From assembly GCF_009914755.1 (NCBI RefSeq), contig NC_060941.1: 64,000 bases of DNA, one strand, 5' to 3'. Both the position numbers and the translations under genes were made by a program. This DNA comes from the human T2T-CHM13v2.0 reference genome, Homo sapiens. The notes under the pieces are model-generated. The model worked only from the letters and a program-made list of their open reading frames with translations. It had not been told where the DNA came from and did no database searches. Position 1 is the stretch's first letter. Every line of letters begins with the position of its first letter. Shown piece after piece: positions 19,495 through 48,123 of this stretch.

Positions 19495-19741
19495 GGTTAC
19501 ACCAGGTATAGACAGGTAGGAGTCACTGAGGGTTTGTTCGTGGGGCTCTTGGGTGGGGCCTGAGGGTGGGCAACTGGGTTCACACCCGAGCTCCACTGCC
19601 GACTTCCTGAACAACTTTGTACAAGCCTGGGTGCTCAGCCCTGTCCCTTGAGAGGCTCACAGCAATGGAGGCCACTTTTGTTTTTTGTGCAAATGAAAAG
19701 GTGGGAGTTTCACTTCAGCCTTTTACAGTCAAGAGACCAAA

Positions 19742-19774
<33 letters not shown>

Positions 19775-20754
19775 AACAAAAGCCACCAACACCAACAAAA
19801 AGAACCCAAGCTCGAAACCTCCACCAGGGTTCCCAGGCAAGAAGGCTGGGTCCAGAAGTGAACAGGATGGGTATAATGGCTACTGCAAGAAAACAGGGAG
19901 GGAGGGCAGCGAGGTGGCCCCAGCTCCTGGGCATGGACGTGGCTGCTTCATCCGATCCTCTCCCACCGTGCCAGCCACCCCTCCTTGTTGCCAGAAAACT
20001 GGAAGTACATTCCTCCAGCCCAATACAAACAACTCTGAGTCATCCCTACTGGGGGGCCACCTGGCCTGTGCTTTGATGTCTCCCATCTCTCACCTCTGCT
20101 CAGCTAACACCATGGGCAGGGGTGCCTCCACCCCATCAGCAGCTGGGCCCACTCCAGGGCTCGTCAGCTAACCCAGGGTGCCCTCTTTATTGCAGGACAA
20201 AAGCAGCCTGGGGACCCCCCAGGAATTAGGAGCCCTGATACTCCTTGGATGTCACTTTCAAAAGGTGTACATAATTGGAGGAGTTAGGTGTGAGTTCAGA
20301 AGGGAAAATTCCAGCAGGTCACATGGTATCAGGCAACCATGCCAGCTTCAGCAATCCAGCTTTGGGAAAATCTATGGGAAGAGAGCTCGCCCTCTGCCCA
20401 CCCTCCCAGCCCAGGGATATTTGAGCTCAAGGGCTGCCTCAGCCCAGCCTTCCTGGGAGATTGCCCTGGGGTTAAGCACCCCAGGCCTGGGCTGCAAGGG
20501 GGTCCTCTGTTCCCAACCTCTCCCCCACAGCACCTAGACCAGCTTCCTGCAGGGCCAGTGGAGATTGGGAAAGGCGGTGTCTCATGGCACCAAAGGAAGA
20601 CTCTTGTGAGGGGAATAAGTGCCCTCACACTGCCTTACCCCTCATCTCATTCAGGTTTATTCCAAGTTCCTCCCCTAACCACTCTGGAAAACTGAGGTAG
20701 TTTCCCCAGTGAGGGAGCATCATTGAGAAGGAACCTGATGGACCAGCTGCTGCG

Positions 20755-20981
20755 CAGGGTTTCTCAGCCTCAGCACAGCCCAACACCTTGGGCTGGATAA
20801 TTCCTCGTTATGTGGGCTGTTCCGTGCCCTGAAGATGTCTGGTAGCGTCCCTGGCCTCTACCCACTACCTGCCAGTAACAACAACACTCACTTCCCCTCC
20901 CAAGTGTGTGACACCCAAAATGACTCCAACATTGCCAAATATCCCATGGCAGGCAAAGTCGCCCCTGGTTGAGAACCACAG
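20755..20981. mobile_element. MER20-like hAT-Charlie DNA transposon
   Basis: Termini CAGGGTTTCTCA...TTGAGAACCACAG and internal GGCTGGATAATTC / CCTGGCCTCTACCCACTA; ~225 bp. Confidence 0.78.
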
Positions 20982-21499
20982 CTCTAAAACACGCCTCCCT
21001 TTCCACTGCCTGCCCTACGGACAGTGAGGGTCGAATAAGGCAGATGCTGGTCTCATTATATTACCAGCAAATGGCACACACTGGGGGCCTGATGCCAGCC
21101 GCCCAGGCAACAGCAGCCTCTCCCCAAGTGGGGTCAGCTCCCCACCGCCTTCTGCTCCTCAGACACACCCGCTGCCACCCTCTCAGTAGCTCCAACCCTA
21201 GAGCCCCCTCCGTTAATCTTTCATGGAATGGGGCAGGGCCAAAACCTAGGCTTCCTTTGCGCCCTGGCGTGGGAGTGGGGCGGGGTCTGTACCCTAGGGA
21301 ACTTATCCGTCTCTATCCCAATGCCCTGGGGGAACATCCGAGGGGCCAAATAGGTAAAAGGCAAGCCCAGGGCCAACCTTCCCCAGCCCCTCCATCCAGA
21401 AGTCAGGACTCCTGGGTCCAATTTCTGAGCTCCGGTCCAGCCCTGCTGTGTGAGTCCCTCATCCCCACCCCCGCACCTGTTTCCACCTTGGCTGGCTCA

Positions 21500-22280
21500 A
21501 CCAACAAACTTCGGCCCCGGTCCGCCCGGTGCTCACCCGGGAGAAAGTGGAGGGGAGAGAAGGGTCTGAACTGCAGGCACTTCTGGGACGCAGGCGGGAC
21601 TGCCCTGCGCAGTCTCCTCTCTTCCTCCGGAGGTTTAAATCTCTGCCCAATCGTCTTGCCCCTACATCTGGCGCCCCGTCGCCCAGGGACCCCTTAGGCG
21701 TCCTGTCCGAGCCGAGCCCTAGGGGCCAGCAGACCGGGTCCAGCGGCCCCGCCGGCGCCGTCTGAGCCAGCCCGGGCCTCCAGCCGAGCCCACGTGGGAC
21801 CCAGGCGCTCCGCAGGGCGGGCACCGGGCACTGGGCACCCTTCCTGGCCGCGCACCACCGCTCCAGGGCAGGCTCGGGCACAACCTCGGGACCCTTCCGG
21901 CGCCTGCGGCTGGGCGGCCGTGAGTCCTGCCCCGCTCGTCGCCCCGCGCTCACCTCCCTGCGGCCCCAAGTCCCCGGGACGCAACTCCGTGCGGCGCCTG
22001 CGAGCGGCTGGGCGGTGGCTCCTCGGGGGCGGGGCGGCGGCGCTCCGCCTCTTCCCTACCTGCGCGCGGGCGGCCGGGAGGCGGGGCTGGGCTCCAGGGG
22101 GCGTGGCCGGGCTCATGGGGGCGGGGCCTGGACGCAGTCTTTGCTCAGTCGGCTTCCTGGGTTCCTGCCTCCGCCCTCCACCCAGCTGGGTCCCCGCCTG
22201 GGCAGAGCCCTGTTTTCGCCTGAGCTGGTCTCTTCAGGGCGCCGTCCTTTCCCTCTTGGCGTCCTCACTCCACCCCAGAC
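21500..22280 (-). promoter_or_regulatory. RHBDF2: CpG island / TATA-less promoter of RHBDF2
   Basis: Very high GC and CpG density; GGGGCGGGGC boxes at ~22026-22035 and ~22118-22127. Confidence 0.88.
21954..22030 (-). other. RHBDF2: RHBDF2 non-coding exon 1 (5' end approximate)
   Basis: Donor GAG|GTGAGC at 21954/21953 inside the CpG island, downstream of GC boxes. Confidence 0.72.
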
Positions 22281-23739
22281 CAAACACGTCATCTAGGTCT
22301 TGATTGCCGTCTTCAAGTCGCCCCTCCCCATCAAGAAAAAGCACCCAATCTCCCATCCCCTTCTTCCAGCGCCCTCATCCTCAGGCCAAGTGGGCCTGTT
22401 CCCTTGACCCTTTTAGTCTGTAGTCACACTCTCTCCGGGAAGCTGGGCCTGAACACCTCCTCTCCCTCCTGGACCCTGAGGCCTCTCTCCTAGCTCTGCT
22501 GTGCCCTTGGGTTGGGAACAGGCACTCCGTGGAGGTCCTATCTGCATTTGCCCTGCAGCTAAGGCCAACATTTGTGACTCCTGCCACCCCCCTACACACC
22601 CCGTAGAAGCATTGACAGAACCCACCCAGCTCTGGCCCTTCCAGCTGCCATGCGGGCCAGAGCCAGACTGGAGATTGGGGACGCTGGCGACACCTGGCCC
22701 CTTGGCTTGGGTCTGTCTGCCCAGGTGGTTCCTTCTCTCTTCCCTGGACTCCAAGGGCCTGCCTCTTGGGACTAGACAAACAAAACCTTGGCCAGGGCAG
22801 CTAGGACCGAACTCCAAGGTCTGGATGCCCCGTTCTCAGCCCCAGCGCTTATCATCTCGCCGTCCCTCTCCAGGAGGCCTGGCTAGGCCAGGAGGAGCAG
22901 AGTTTGAAGAGACTCAGGCTTGGAGGGGTGGGGGTGGGGTTGTCAGGGCCAAGGCAAAACCTCTGGCCCTTAGAGAGCTCCTGAGCCACCCTGCCCCCCA
23001 ACCCAAGGACTCTGGTGTTTATTGCTGACCTGGGTGGAGGTGGGGAGCACCTGGCTGCTGGAGATTATCCTGAGAGATGCATCTCTCCTCCCCAGCTCTG
23101 GGGTCATGAGGAGGGCACAGGCTGGAAGGAGGGGGAGTGGGCCAAAGCTGGGGTGGGGGTTGCTCCTAGTAACAAATGTAAGGGACCATTTATTGTGCAA
23201 CCAGCACATCCTGGGGTTATGTGCAGAGAGGAACAAAACCAGGGCCTGCCCACGAAGTGCCAGCATTCTACAGGGAGACGTTGGAACTCAATACTGTAAC
23301 AGGAAGGGTGAGAGCAGCTAGCCATTCCAAAGTGCTTTAGTCTGTATAATCCGCAGTACAGGTCTATGAAGTGGGTACCATTATGATCATCCCCATTTTA
23401 GGGATGAGAAAACTGAGGCAGAGGGAGATGTGAGGGGAGCAGCTGGGGTTTAAACTCGGTCATGATCTGACTTTAGACTCTAACAAACACTGCTGCAAAT
23501 GCCTGAGCTGGGTTCTCTCTCCTGGAGCTCTACTGGAAGCTCTGCAGGAGTCCCCAGGAGGGGAGGGATTCATGGTGGTGCTTAAGCTGGTGTCAGGGAT
23601 TTGTCCCATGCAAACATGGCGTGCTGCCCGGCCACATAGGTGCAGGGAGGCTGATTACAGCCTTGGCTGCAGCAACACGCACCTGTGAGGCCAGAGAGGG
23701 AAGAATGTTAAATAGGCCAGGGGTATAACTTGTGATAAT

Positions 23740-26709
<2,970 letters not shown>

Positions 26710-28077
26710 TCAGAGAAGTGTAGGACTGTGCCCAAGAACGCACAGGTGGTGAGAGAGAGCAGGGCTGGGTGCTGGGCCCCACACCCATACTCTTTCCAGC
26801 CATTCCGGTGGACCATTCCCATCTTTTGGAAGGGCCATTCTGGCTGTGCTCAGGACAGATGGGTTTGGGCAAAGGTGGGGAGGCCAGGTGAGAGGGAGCA
26901 GGGGAGTGGCTGGGGGAGCAGAGTAGAGGGAGGGATGAGAAGGGCATCCCCTCTCTTCGGAATTTAGCTGACACAAGCCCCCAGACTTCCTCTCCATATA
27001 TGCTCTGGATTTACCTCCCCTTACCCCCAGGCCTCCAGCAGGGAGAGTCGGCAGCGGGAGTGGGCCCAGGTGGGAGCCCCAGAGAAAGGAACCACAGGAT
27101 CTTGCCCGCCTGGTCGCAGAGATTGATGATGCGGGATCGCCATCTGGTGGCGAGAAGAGGTACCGCGCCAAGGAATCCACGTGGTCAGGGGAACCCGGGG
27201 AAGCCGCAGTCTTAGTGCTCCCCGCCACCTGCTTTCTCACCAGATACCCTGGCAGTCCAGCCTGAAGGTTAAGGGCACAGAGGCACAGGCTCGCTCTCAA
27301 CAGGACTCGTCAGTGGTTAGCAAGATGCCAAAGCCTCTGTAACGCCTCTCCTTGCCACCCTGCCTGCCTTTACGACATGCCGGGGAGGGCACCAGTGAGT
27401 GACCTCTCTCCAAGGGTTCATGGGCCACCAGACCCTTAGGCACCTTGGGAGCTGCCTGCCACCAGGGGAGAAGCCAGGGTGCCTGGCATTCCTGGGTGCT
27501 GGGGAGGAGGCGGATGTGGTCAGACTCCTTAGGCCCAGAGATACTTTTCAGCTATCTCCTCCTGGTGCTATTCCTTCCCCCATGGTGCCCTTGAAATCCA
27601 TCTCCACCTCCCTCCCAGCAGGCTGCTCCTCACCAGTGTTCTCACCCCACTGTCAGCCCTCCACTGGGTCATCCTAGTCTCAGCCAGGGCTCGGTCATTC
27701 CCATTAGCCCTTGGGAATGGACTTTGAAAGCTATTCCAGAGCCCCTGTCACCTGCTCAGCCCAGCTGTGCTCATTTTTCAGGCGCCCATCACTGCTGTAT
27801 CTTCCCTCCCCAACCTTGGAGGCCTCAGTCACCCTGGGAGGAGAGTGAGGCCCGGGGGAAGGGCGCTGGCCTCGGGGGCATGCAAATGTTCAGGTACACC
27901 CAGCTCATCACTAATTAGCTTGTGAGATTAAGCAAGTTACTTAACTTTGGAATACTGAGGCCACCCTAGAAAGACATGCCATCCAGAAGCCATAAACCAG
28001 AAGATTGACAGATTGACATAAATGCCACCAATTTCCGTGCCACAAAAGGCACTGTAGACAAAGTTAAAAGCCAAACA

Positions 28078-28207
28078 GCTGGGCAAGGTGGCCCACATCT
28101 ATAATCCCAGCATTTTGGGAGGCTGAGGCGGGAGGATCACTTGAGTCCAGGAGTTTGAGCTCAGCCTGGGCAACGTGGCCAGATGCCATCTCTACAAAAA
28201 AATAAAA
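28078..28207 (+). mobile_element. Left monomer of a split AluJ; its right end is at 29726-29829
   Basis: J-type GGAGGATCACTTGAG; ends at the A-rich linker; old L1-like sequence lies on both outer sides. Confidence 0.8.
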
Positions 28208-29730
28208 CCCGTCTAATTTTTATATTTTTGTAGAGATGGGGTTTTGCTATGTTGCCCAGGCTGGTCTTGAACTATTAGGCTCAAGTGATCCATCTGCCTT
28301 GGCCTCCCAAAGTGCTGGGATTACAGGTGTGAGCCACTGCGTCTGACAGTTTTAACTTCTTGATCATAGGTCCTCTCTGCCCCTGCTCCACAGCAACCAG
28401 CTACAGTCCTACCAGCCCATCCACACATCTCCTTCCGTTTCTTCCGCTGCCCTGGTTGCTTCAGGCGTAAGCCCGGGGTGGCCTCCATGCCTTCCCTAGT
28501 CCACCCTGCACAGGCTGCCAGCTCTGTGGCCACCACTGCTCCTGTTCCAGGATCTCCAGTGGCTCTAGGTCACCTCCCAAAGACAGTCTGAGCTCCTCAG
28601 CCATCGAGAGCCCCACAACCTGGTGCCAACATACTTCCCTGGTCTTACCTGGTATGTTCTCCATCACAGATTTGGCTTTCTGTAGCTCCCAGTCTCTGCT
28701 CACTTGCCTCCAGGGTCTCCACCGCTGACATGGTCTCCCTTCCTCACGGAGCCTTGAGCTGCTCTGCACCTCTTTTCCAGAACTTTCCTTGACGCCCCTT
28801 CTGGACAAGCTCCCTCCTCTGTGGTGTCCACGCTCATGTACACAACCTCCTTCTTCTCTCATGGAGAGATTTGAGAGGAGAAACAGGACCTCATTTAGTC
28901 TTTTTTTTTTTTTTTTTTTTTTTGAGACAGAGTCTTGCTCTGTCGCCCAGGCTGGAGTGCAATGGCACGATCTCGGTTCACTGCAAGCTCTGCCTCCCCA
29001 GTTCACACCATTCTCCTGCCTCAGCTTCCTGAGTATCTGGGGCTACAGGTACCCACCACCACGCCCGGCTAATTTTTTGTATTTTTAGTAGAGACGGGAT
29101 TTCATTGTGTTAGCCAGGATGGTCTCTATCTCCTGACCTCGTGATCCGCCTTCCTCAGCCTCCTAAAGTGCTGGGATTACAGGCGTGAGCCACCGTGCCC
29201 AGCCCTAGTCTCTTTTAAAAAAAGTAATAGTGATGGGGTCTCACTATGTTGCCCAGGCTGGCCTCAAACTCCTGGGCTTAAACAATCCTCCTGCCTCCAC
29301 CTCTCTAGTAGCTGGGAATACAAGCTCGAGCCATCGCGCCCTGTTTAACGTGATTTACTGATGGATGGGATGTGAGGGGTGAAAGAGAGGACAGTTGAGG
29401 AGGACTCCAGGGCTTCTTGCCTATTTAAATTGGCAAACAGAGCCTCCACTTTCGAGGGGAAATAGCCAGGGAAGAGGAGGCTTTGGCAGGGGTTCCGCTT
29501 CGTCCACACGAAGCGTGAGGGGTCCAGGAAGCAGCTGGAGGCTCCAGCCTGAATCAGGATAGAGATGTCAGGGCTGGGATTTAAATTTGGGATTGGATGA
29601 GCTCACTGAGAAAAGAGTGTGGGAAGAAAAGAGGGGCAAGGACAGAGCCCTGGAGCCATCAGCCCTGAGTCCAGAATAAAGGGACCAGGGAGAGGGAGGA
29701 TTGGGAGAGGGAGGATTAGGAAGGGGGAGG
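28208..29730 (-). repeat. Inverted local duplication, copy A (probably derived)
   Basis: Reverse complement of ~40002-41526; 54/60 and 56/60 identity in two hand-aligned samples. Confidence 0.92.
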
Positions 29731-29777
29731 TGGCATTGAGCTGAGATCGAGCCACTGCATTCCAGCCTGGGCTACTA

Positions 29778-31356
<1,579 letters not shown>

Positions 31357-31481
31357 CAGGCCCAGAGAGGCAAAAAAATCAAGCATCTATCCTGCCTTTC
31401 CAGTAGAAACTGTATTTCAAAGCAGCCAAATAGTTGTCCGGTTTGAGGAAGGAATGCTTTGCTTTACAGAAGAATGCCAGC

Positions 31482-31760
31482 TGTATTAGGTATTTCTGGC
31501 TGCAAAACAATTTATCCCAAAACTTAGCTGCTTGAAACAGCACACGTTTATTATCACTCAGTTCCTGTGGGTCCAGGAATCTGGGCGTGGCTTAGCTGGT
31601 TCCTTTGGCTCAGGGTCTCTCATAGGGTGTCAACGAGAAGCTACAGTCATCTCGAGACTTGACTGGGGGACAATCCACTTTGAAGCTCACTCCCTCGGTG
31701 ACAGGATTCAATGTCCGTCTGGCTGTTGGATTGAGGCTTTCTTTCCCCACTGGCAGTTGT
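31482..31760 (-). mobile_element. MLT1-type (MaLR) LTR fragment
   Basis: TGTATTAG...CCCAAAACTTAGCTGCTTGAAACA...CAGGAATCTGGGCGTGGCTTAGCTGG resembles antisense MLT1. Confidence 0.65.
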
Positions 31761-32062
31761 CCAGAGACAGGGACGCTACACAGGAGTGTCAGCTGGGCAG
31801 TAGCACAGGACTCTGGGCTCAGAAGCCTCTGTGCTTGGTTTAACGCTCTGCTGTCCCCACATTGGAAGGCGTAATCATTTTTTCTTTGAACTTGTGTCTT
31901 ATAGTGAAGTCCAGCTGGACAGTGGAGCATGCACCCTATCCACAGCTGACATCCACTGGACTCGCATACAACGTTCTCCATGTCCATGGCACAGTGGTCT
32001 GGCGGATCCATGTTGGGTGGGAGTCTAGCAAGATTCAATGTGAATACAAAGTAAGTGAGTTA

Positions 32063-32296
<234 letters not shown>

Positions 32297-33867
32297 TCAG
32301 GCAGGAGAATCGCTTGAACTCGGGAGGTGGAGGTTACGGTGAGCCGAGATTGTGTCACTGCACTCCAGCCTAGGCGATAGAGTGAGACTCCGTCTCAAAA
32401 ACAAAAACAAAAACAAAAGTGAAATAAAAACAGGTGAGTTAGTTTTGTGCAGTGTTTCCACTGCTGTGGTAAGAACAACACACACCACAGACGCATGTAG
32501 GAACTATGAAATACCAATTGTGTAATTCTGCTGATTCTGCATTATGAATTCAATGCTCTTCTATTTGTGTGCAAAAACTGGCATTGCACAATATAAAGAT
32601 GGATAGTAAAATTCATGCTGACAATTTAAATTTGTATTTTAAAATAAATGACACTGTCATCCCAGCTACTCGGAAAGCTGAGGCAGGAGGATTACTTGAA
32701 CCCCGGAGTTCAAGACCAGCCTAGGCAACAGCCTGGGTGGGGGCTGCTGGCCCCCCTGGGCTTTCTGTTCCCTGGGACCCTCATCCTAACTCCTAGGGAG
32801 TCGTGCATGGGGCCACTGGGTTCAGCAGAAGGAACAGCAGGTAACCCAAAGCCAGCAGGTAACCAAGCTTTCACAGAGAGGGTGAGAGGCTGGCTCGTGG
32901 TTGCACAGCAAGTCCAGGGAGATTGGAGCCCGTCTGGGTCTCTTGGGACCAATCTAAAACCAAGCAGCCTCAGACACTGCTTTGCTGGCTCCACGGTCAC
33001 CAAGGAGAAATGGAAGAGGCTCTTCCAAGGAGCTCTTCTCTCCCAAGGCCCCCAGAGGGTAGGAGAGGCAGAGGCTGGGTCCCATCTCACCTCCCGAGCT
33101 GCCACCGACGCCTGGGCCCTCCCTTTCTCCCTTGGCCCAGATGTCACTCCAGGGTAAGAAGCTGGGAGCAAAAGTCTCTGGTCACTGGTCCCCCTAGATC
33201 ACACCCCTGTGCTCTTCCCGCCTCAGATCCCAGCTGCCCTCGCCACCCTCATCATCCTTCCCCGTTAGCTGCTGCTGGTGTGGGGCCATCGGAAGGTTTG
33301 AGCAGGGGCCGACGAGGTCAATTTTCCTGAAGAGAGCTTTGCTGGATGGAGCCTGGACTGTAGGAGGTGACCTTGGAGACCACCGGGGAGGCCGTGGGGA
33401 GCCCGGGCCAGGGCGATGTCTTCCTGTCCTGCTGTGTCCTCTCTGCTTCTCTCTAATGGTGGGGACTGTGGGAGAGGCTGGGACTTTGGGGTCAGCCTGT
33501 GGCTCCTGCCTTGCCCCGTGGCCGTGGGCGGCTTGTTGATGAGCCCAGCTCTTTGGCTGTAAGATGGGGTCATGAGGTGCATCTCTGAGGGTGATGGAGG
33601 GGAACAGATGAGGCCCGTCTAGAAGAGACCCTCCCTACCTCAGGAACCCCGTCCTTGCTCATCTGAACTCACCCCGCTGTTCACATGTTTGCTTACTATG
33701 CTCTTCGTCCTTGGGGATGGATGCTTCCTCTGGCAGGCCCTGCCTGTCTGCTCTGGCACCCAGATCAGAAGGGCCCAGCTCCCAAAGGGCTCAAGAGGAG
33801 GAGGAGGAAGGGACTCTGGGCGGCAGATCCCTGCCTCTTCCCTGGCTCCTTCCTCCTGGTCCACTAG

Positions 33868-34641
<774 letters not shown>

Positions 34642-35064
34642 CATGGGTGATTCCCTTTCCCTAACGGGCTTTTCTGGCCTGCACTCCTGGCTCTCCTGGA
34701 GGCAGAACCCCCAGGTCCCTGCCCTGTCATGGGGCTCCCAGCTGGTCTCTTCCTTCACTGCTTCCAGGACCTGCTAGCCAGGCAGGGGAAGGGGGCTCCT
34801 CAGCACCCCAGCCTGGCCCCCAGGTAGGAGGTCTCATCGAGCTGTCTCTGTGAGCCACCCCACTTGCTTCTTGCTCTTTGCCTCTGCCCGACTAATGTTC
34901 AGTTTCTTCCCCTGCTCTTCTAATTCATTCAGCCATATTTCCCAAGTGTGGGTTGTGGGCAGGAGGGCCGGACAGTGAGGATAGAGGGACCGGGAAAAGG
35001 GATCCTCATTGTATTTAAAATTTTGGCATTTTCTTCATCATGGATTTGGGGAGGGGGGAGGTAT

Positions 35065-38012
<2,948 letters not shown>

Positions 38013-38718
38013 AAAAGAAAAATTTTTTAAACAGAAAATTACTGTTATTGTTTTGGACAATGAACAGTATTTACTTTCTGTTTTTGGACTTAGACAAAGT
38101 CAAAGACTCACTTATCTCCCCCCCACCCCCACCCCTCCTACCCCTACTACAGAAAAGGCTCAGGGGAGGCAGGGATGGGCGTGGGTCCTTCAGGTCCCTG
38201 TTTGGGATTGGGCCTGTTTTCCCCCAGAGGAATGGCCACTGAAGTCGGGCAAGGAGACTGGTGCACTCATAGTAGCTGGATGGCGCTGTGGGCGGTGAGC
38301 GTATCATCCCACCCACGTGACCTATGCACTCACCCACCTTGTGAGGCCCAGTAATTCAGGACACCCCGGTCTTGCAGGAACTTTCTGTGCTCTGAAGGAG
38401 AAAGTCACCCGGCAGGGGCTGCTCTTGCTTCCAGTTCATGGTGCACGGCTCAGTAATCACATGCCATTCCCTGGCCAGTCCACCACTGTCCACAGCAAAC
38501 CCAGTGCTGCCTGCTCTTGGACTGCTGGTGTGCCCTTCTCTCCTCAGACCTCCCCAGGTACCCCACAGCCCCGGCCTCTCAGGTCAGGAGCTGTCTCACA
38601 GCATTGAGAAGCACCAGCTGGGGTGGCCACCATCGTCCCTCGTCCCTTGTTGCATGTCTTCCAGCTGTGGCAGAGCCCACCTCCCCCTTCCCAGGCAGGC
38701 CCTTTAAGGTCATCCCCC

Positions 38719-39392
<674 letters not shown>

Positions 39393-40001
39393 AATATCCC
39401 CTCCTTTTCTTTTTTGAGGACTTCCCTCCAGCAGTCTTGCCCCCGCCTCCTGGCCCCCTGCATTGCCATCTCTCTCTCTCTCTCTGTCAGGGATCAGGCC
39501 ACACAGAGGGGCTGTCATCTCCCTCTCCTGACCCCATGTCCTCCTGCACCTCAGCCTCCTATCTCTCCCTGACCACCATCGTTTACCCATACTTCCCACC
39601 CAGACCTCTCCCCTCCAGTCTCTGAATCAGCCAGGTCACGGTCCTGGGAACCACCCTGCCATCTGTCCTCACTGCTCTGGACCTAAGCAGAGTGCCCACA
39701 CAGCTGCCCACTGGCCCAAAATGCTGTCCTTGCAGCCTCCTGGTTTTCCTCCCCCTCCCTGGCCCCTATTCTCCATGATGCCCCCTCCCCCATCCTCCCT
39801 CCCACTGACCTTCTCCTTCTGATCCCCTATCCCCCTGGCTTCCCCCCCCACATCCTTCCTCCACCTGGCGTCCCCTCCCCCTGCTTCCCTCTCTCCCTGG
39901 TCCTCCCTCTCCTTGCCCTCTCCCTAGTACCCCTTCTCCCTCAGCTGCCCCTCCCTGGTGCCCCCTCTGCCTGATCCTTCCTATCCCCCCATCTCCCTGA
40001 T

Positions 40002-41526
<1,525 letters not shown>

Positions 41527-42199
41527 CATGGTGCCACGTGCCTATAGTCCCAGCTACTTGGGAGACTGAGGTGGGAGGATTGCTTGAGCCCAGGAAGTGG
41601 AGGTTACAGTGAGCCGAGATTTCGCCACTTTGCTCCAGCCTGGGAGACAGAGTGAGACCCGGGGTATGATGTCTCCGTTCTTCCCCCAGGAAATAGTGAA
41701 ATGGGACCTTGGTACTGGTGCGGTAGTAGGGGGCAGTTTCTGGACCACATGGCCAGGGCTGATCAGACCCCAGGTGGGCCCCAGGCAGGCTTACAGGGTG
41801 GCCTCCAATGAGAGCTTTGTCCACCCCAGCCGCTGAGAAAGGCTGGATCCAACAGTGTTTCTACAGCGTTTTTTTCACAGAGGAGATTGAGAGCTGGTCA
41901 CTCCGTGATGGAAGGAAGGGAAAGTGGAGAAGCCCGCCCAACATGAGTGGTGTCCCAGGGACTTAAGGCTGCAGTGGGGGTGCGCAAAAGACAATGGGGG
42001 CCCTGATAATTATCAGAGGGTCAGGAGATGGTTGGGCCGGGAGCTGCCTTCCCCTAGTCTGCTGTTCAGTTCCCAGGCTCCTGGGCAGCTGCGCCGGTCT
42101 CTCCTTCTAGCAAGGCTGGGTCATGTGGCTTTCCCTGATCCCCAGAGACTGGACTCCCTTATTTCCAAGTATGTCTTTACTGTGCACTCCCCACACTCA

Positions 42200-47132
<4,933 letters not shown>

Positions 47133-47288
47133 CTTGCCTCCTGACCTTTTAACAAGGCTGACCTCCCTCAACCCCCACAAAACCCCAGTTCCAGTTTCCA
47201 GCCCTGCGTTCCTGATGAACCAGGTGAGGAACCCACAGCAATCTTAATCCCCAATTTAGAGAGAAGCCCAGGGGGAGCCAAAGGTGAG

Positions 47289-47996
47289 ACACAGGGGATG
47301 GGGCGCCCTTGGTGTGGGACAGGGGATGGGGCACCCTTGGTGTGGGACAGGGGATGGGGCGCCCTTGGTGTGGGAGAGGGGATGGGGCGCCCTTGGTGTG
47401 GGACAGGGGATGGGGCGCCCTTGGTGTGGGAGAGGGGATGGGCACCCTTGGTGTGGGACAGGGGATGGGGCGCCCTTGGTGTGGGACAGGGGATGGGCGC
47501 CCTTGGTGTGGGAGAGGGGATGGGGCGCCCTTGGTGTGGGAGAGGGGATGGGGCGCCCTTGGTGTGGGAGAGGGGATGGGGCGCCCTTGGTGTGGGACAG
47601 GGGATGGGGCGCCCTTGGTAGTGGGACAGGGGATGGGGCGCCCTTGGTGTGGGACAGGGGATGGGGCGCCCTTGGTGTGGGAGAGGGGATGGGGTGCCCT
47701 TGGTAGTGGGACAGGGGATGGGGCGCCCTTGTTGTGGGACAGGGGATGGGGCGCCCTTGGTGTGGGAGAGGGGATGGGGTGCCCTTGGTAGTGGGACAGG
47801 GGATGGGGTGCCCTTGGTAGTGGGACAGGGGATGGGGCGCCCTTGGTGTGGGAGAGGGGATGGGGTGCCCTTGGTAGTGGGACAGGGGATGGGGCGCCCT
47901 TGGTAGTGGGACAGGGGATGGGGCGCCCTTGGTGTGGGAGAGGGGATGGGGCGCCCTTGGTGTGGGACAGTGGATGGGGCACCCTTGGTGTGGGAG
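47289..47996 (+). repeat. Minisatellite/VNTR, 28-bp unit (27/29-bp variants), ~25 copies
   Basis: Unit GTGTGGGA(C/G)AGGGGATGGGGCGCCCTTG; 25 CCCTTG cores counted. Confidence 0.97.
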
Positions 47997-48117
47997 GTCA
48001 GGGGAGGACTTTCAGGAAAAAGGCCTGCGTCCAGAACCGGGGATGGGGGACAGAGGTGAGGGAAGGTGGCAGGAAGAGACTGCACGAGTGTGCACAGGTA
48101 CAGCAAGAACGGGTCTG

Positions 48118-48123
48118 TTTAAT
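48118..48123 (-). terminator. CYGB: Probable CYGB polyadenylation signal ATTAAA (3'UTR ~1.2 kb)
   Basis: tttaat on plus = ATTAAA on minus, followed by U/GU-rich sequence. Confidence 0.7.

Noticed and set aside
47289-47996. 28-bp repeat array as a CRISPR
   Set aside because: Head-to-tail units without unique spacers, in mammalian DNA.
47149-48106. 277-aa and 312-aa repetitive ORFs
   Set aside because: Translations of a stop-free VNTR strand that is open in several frames.
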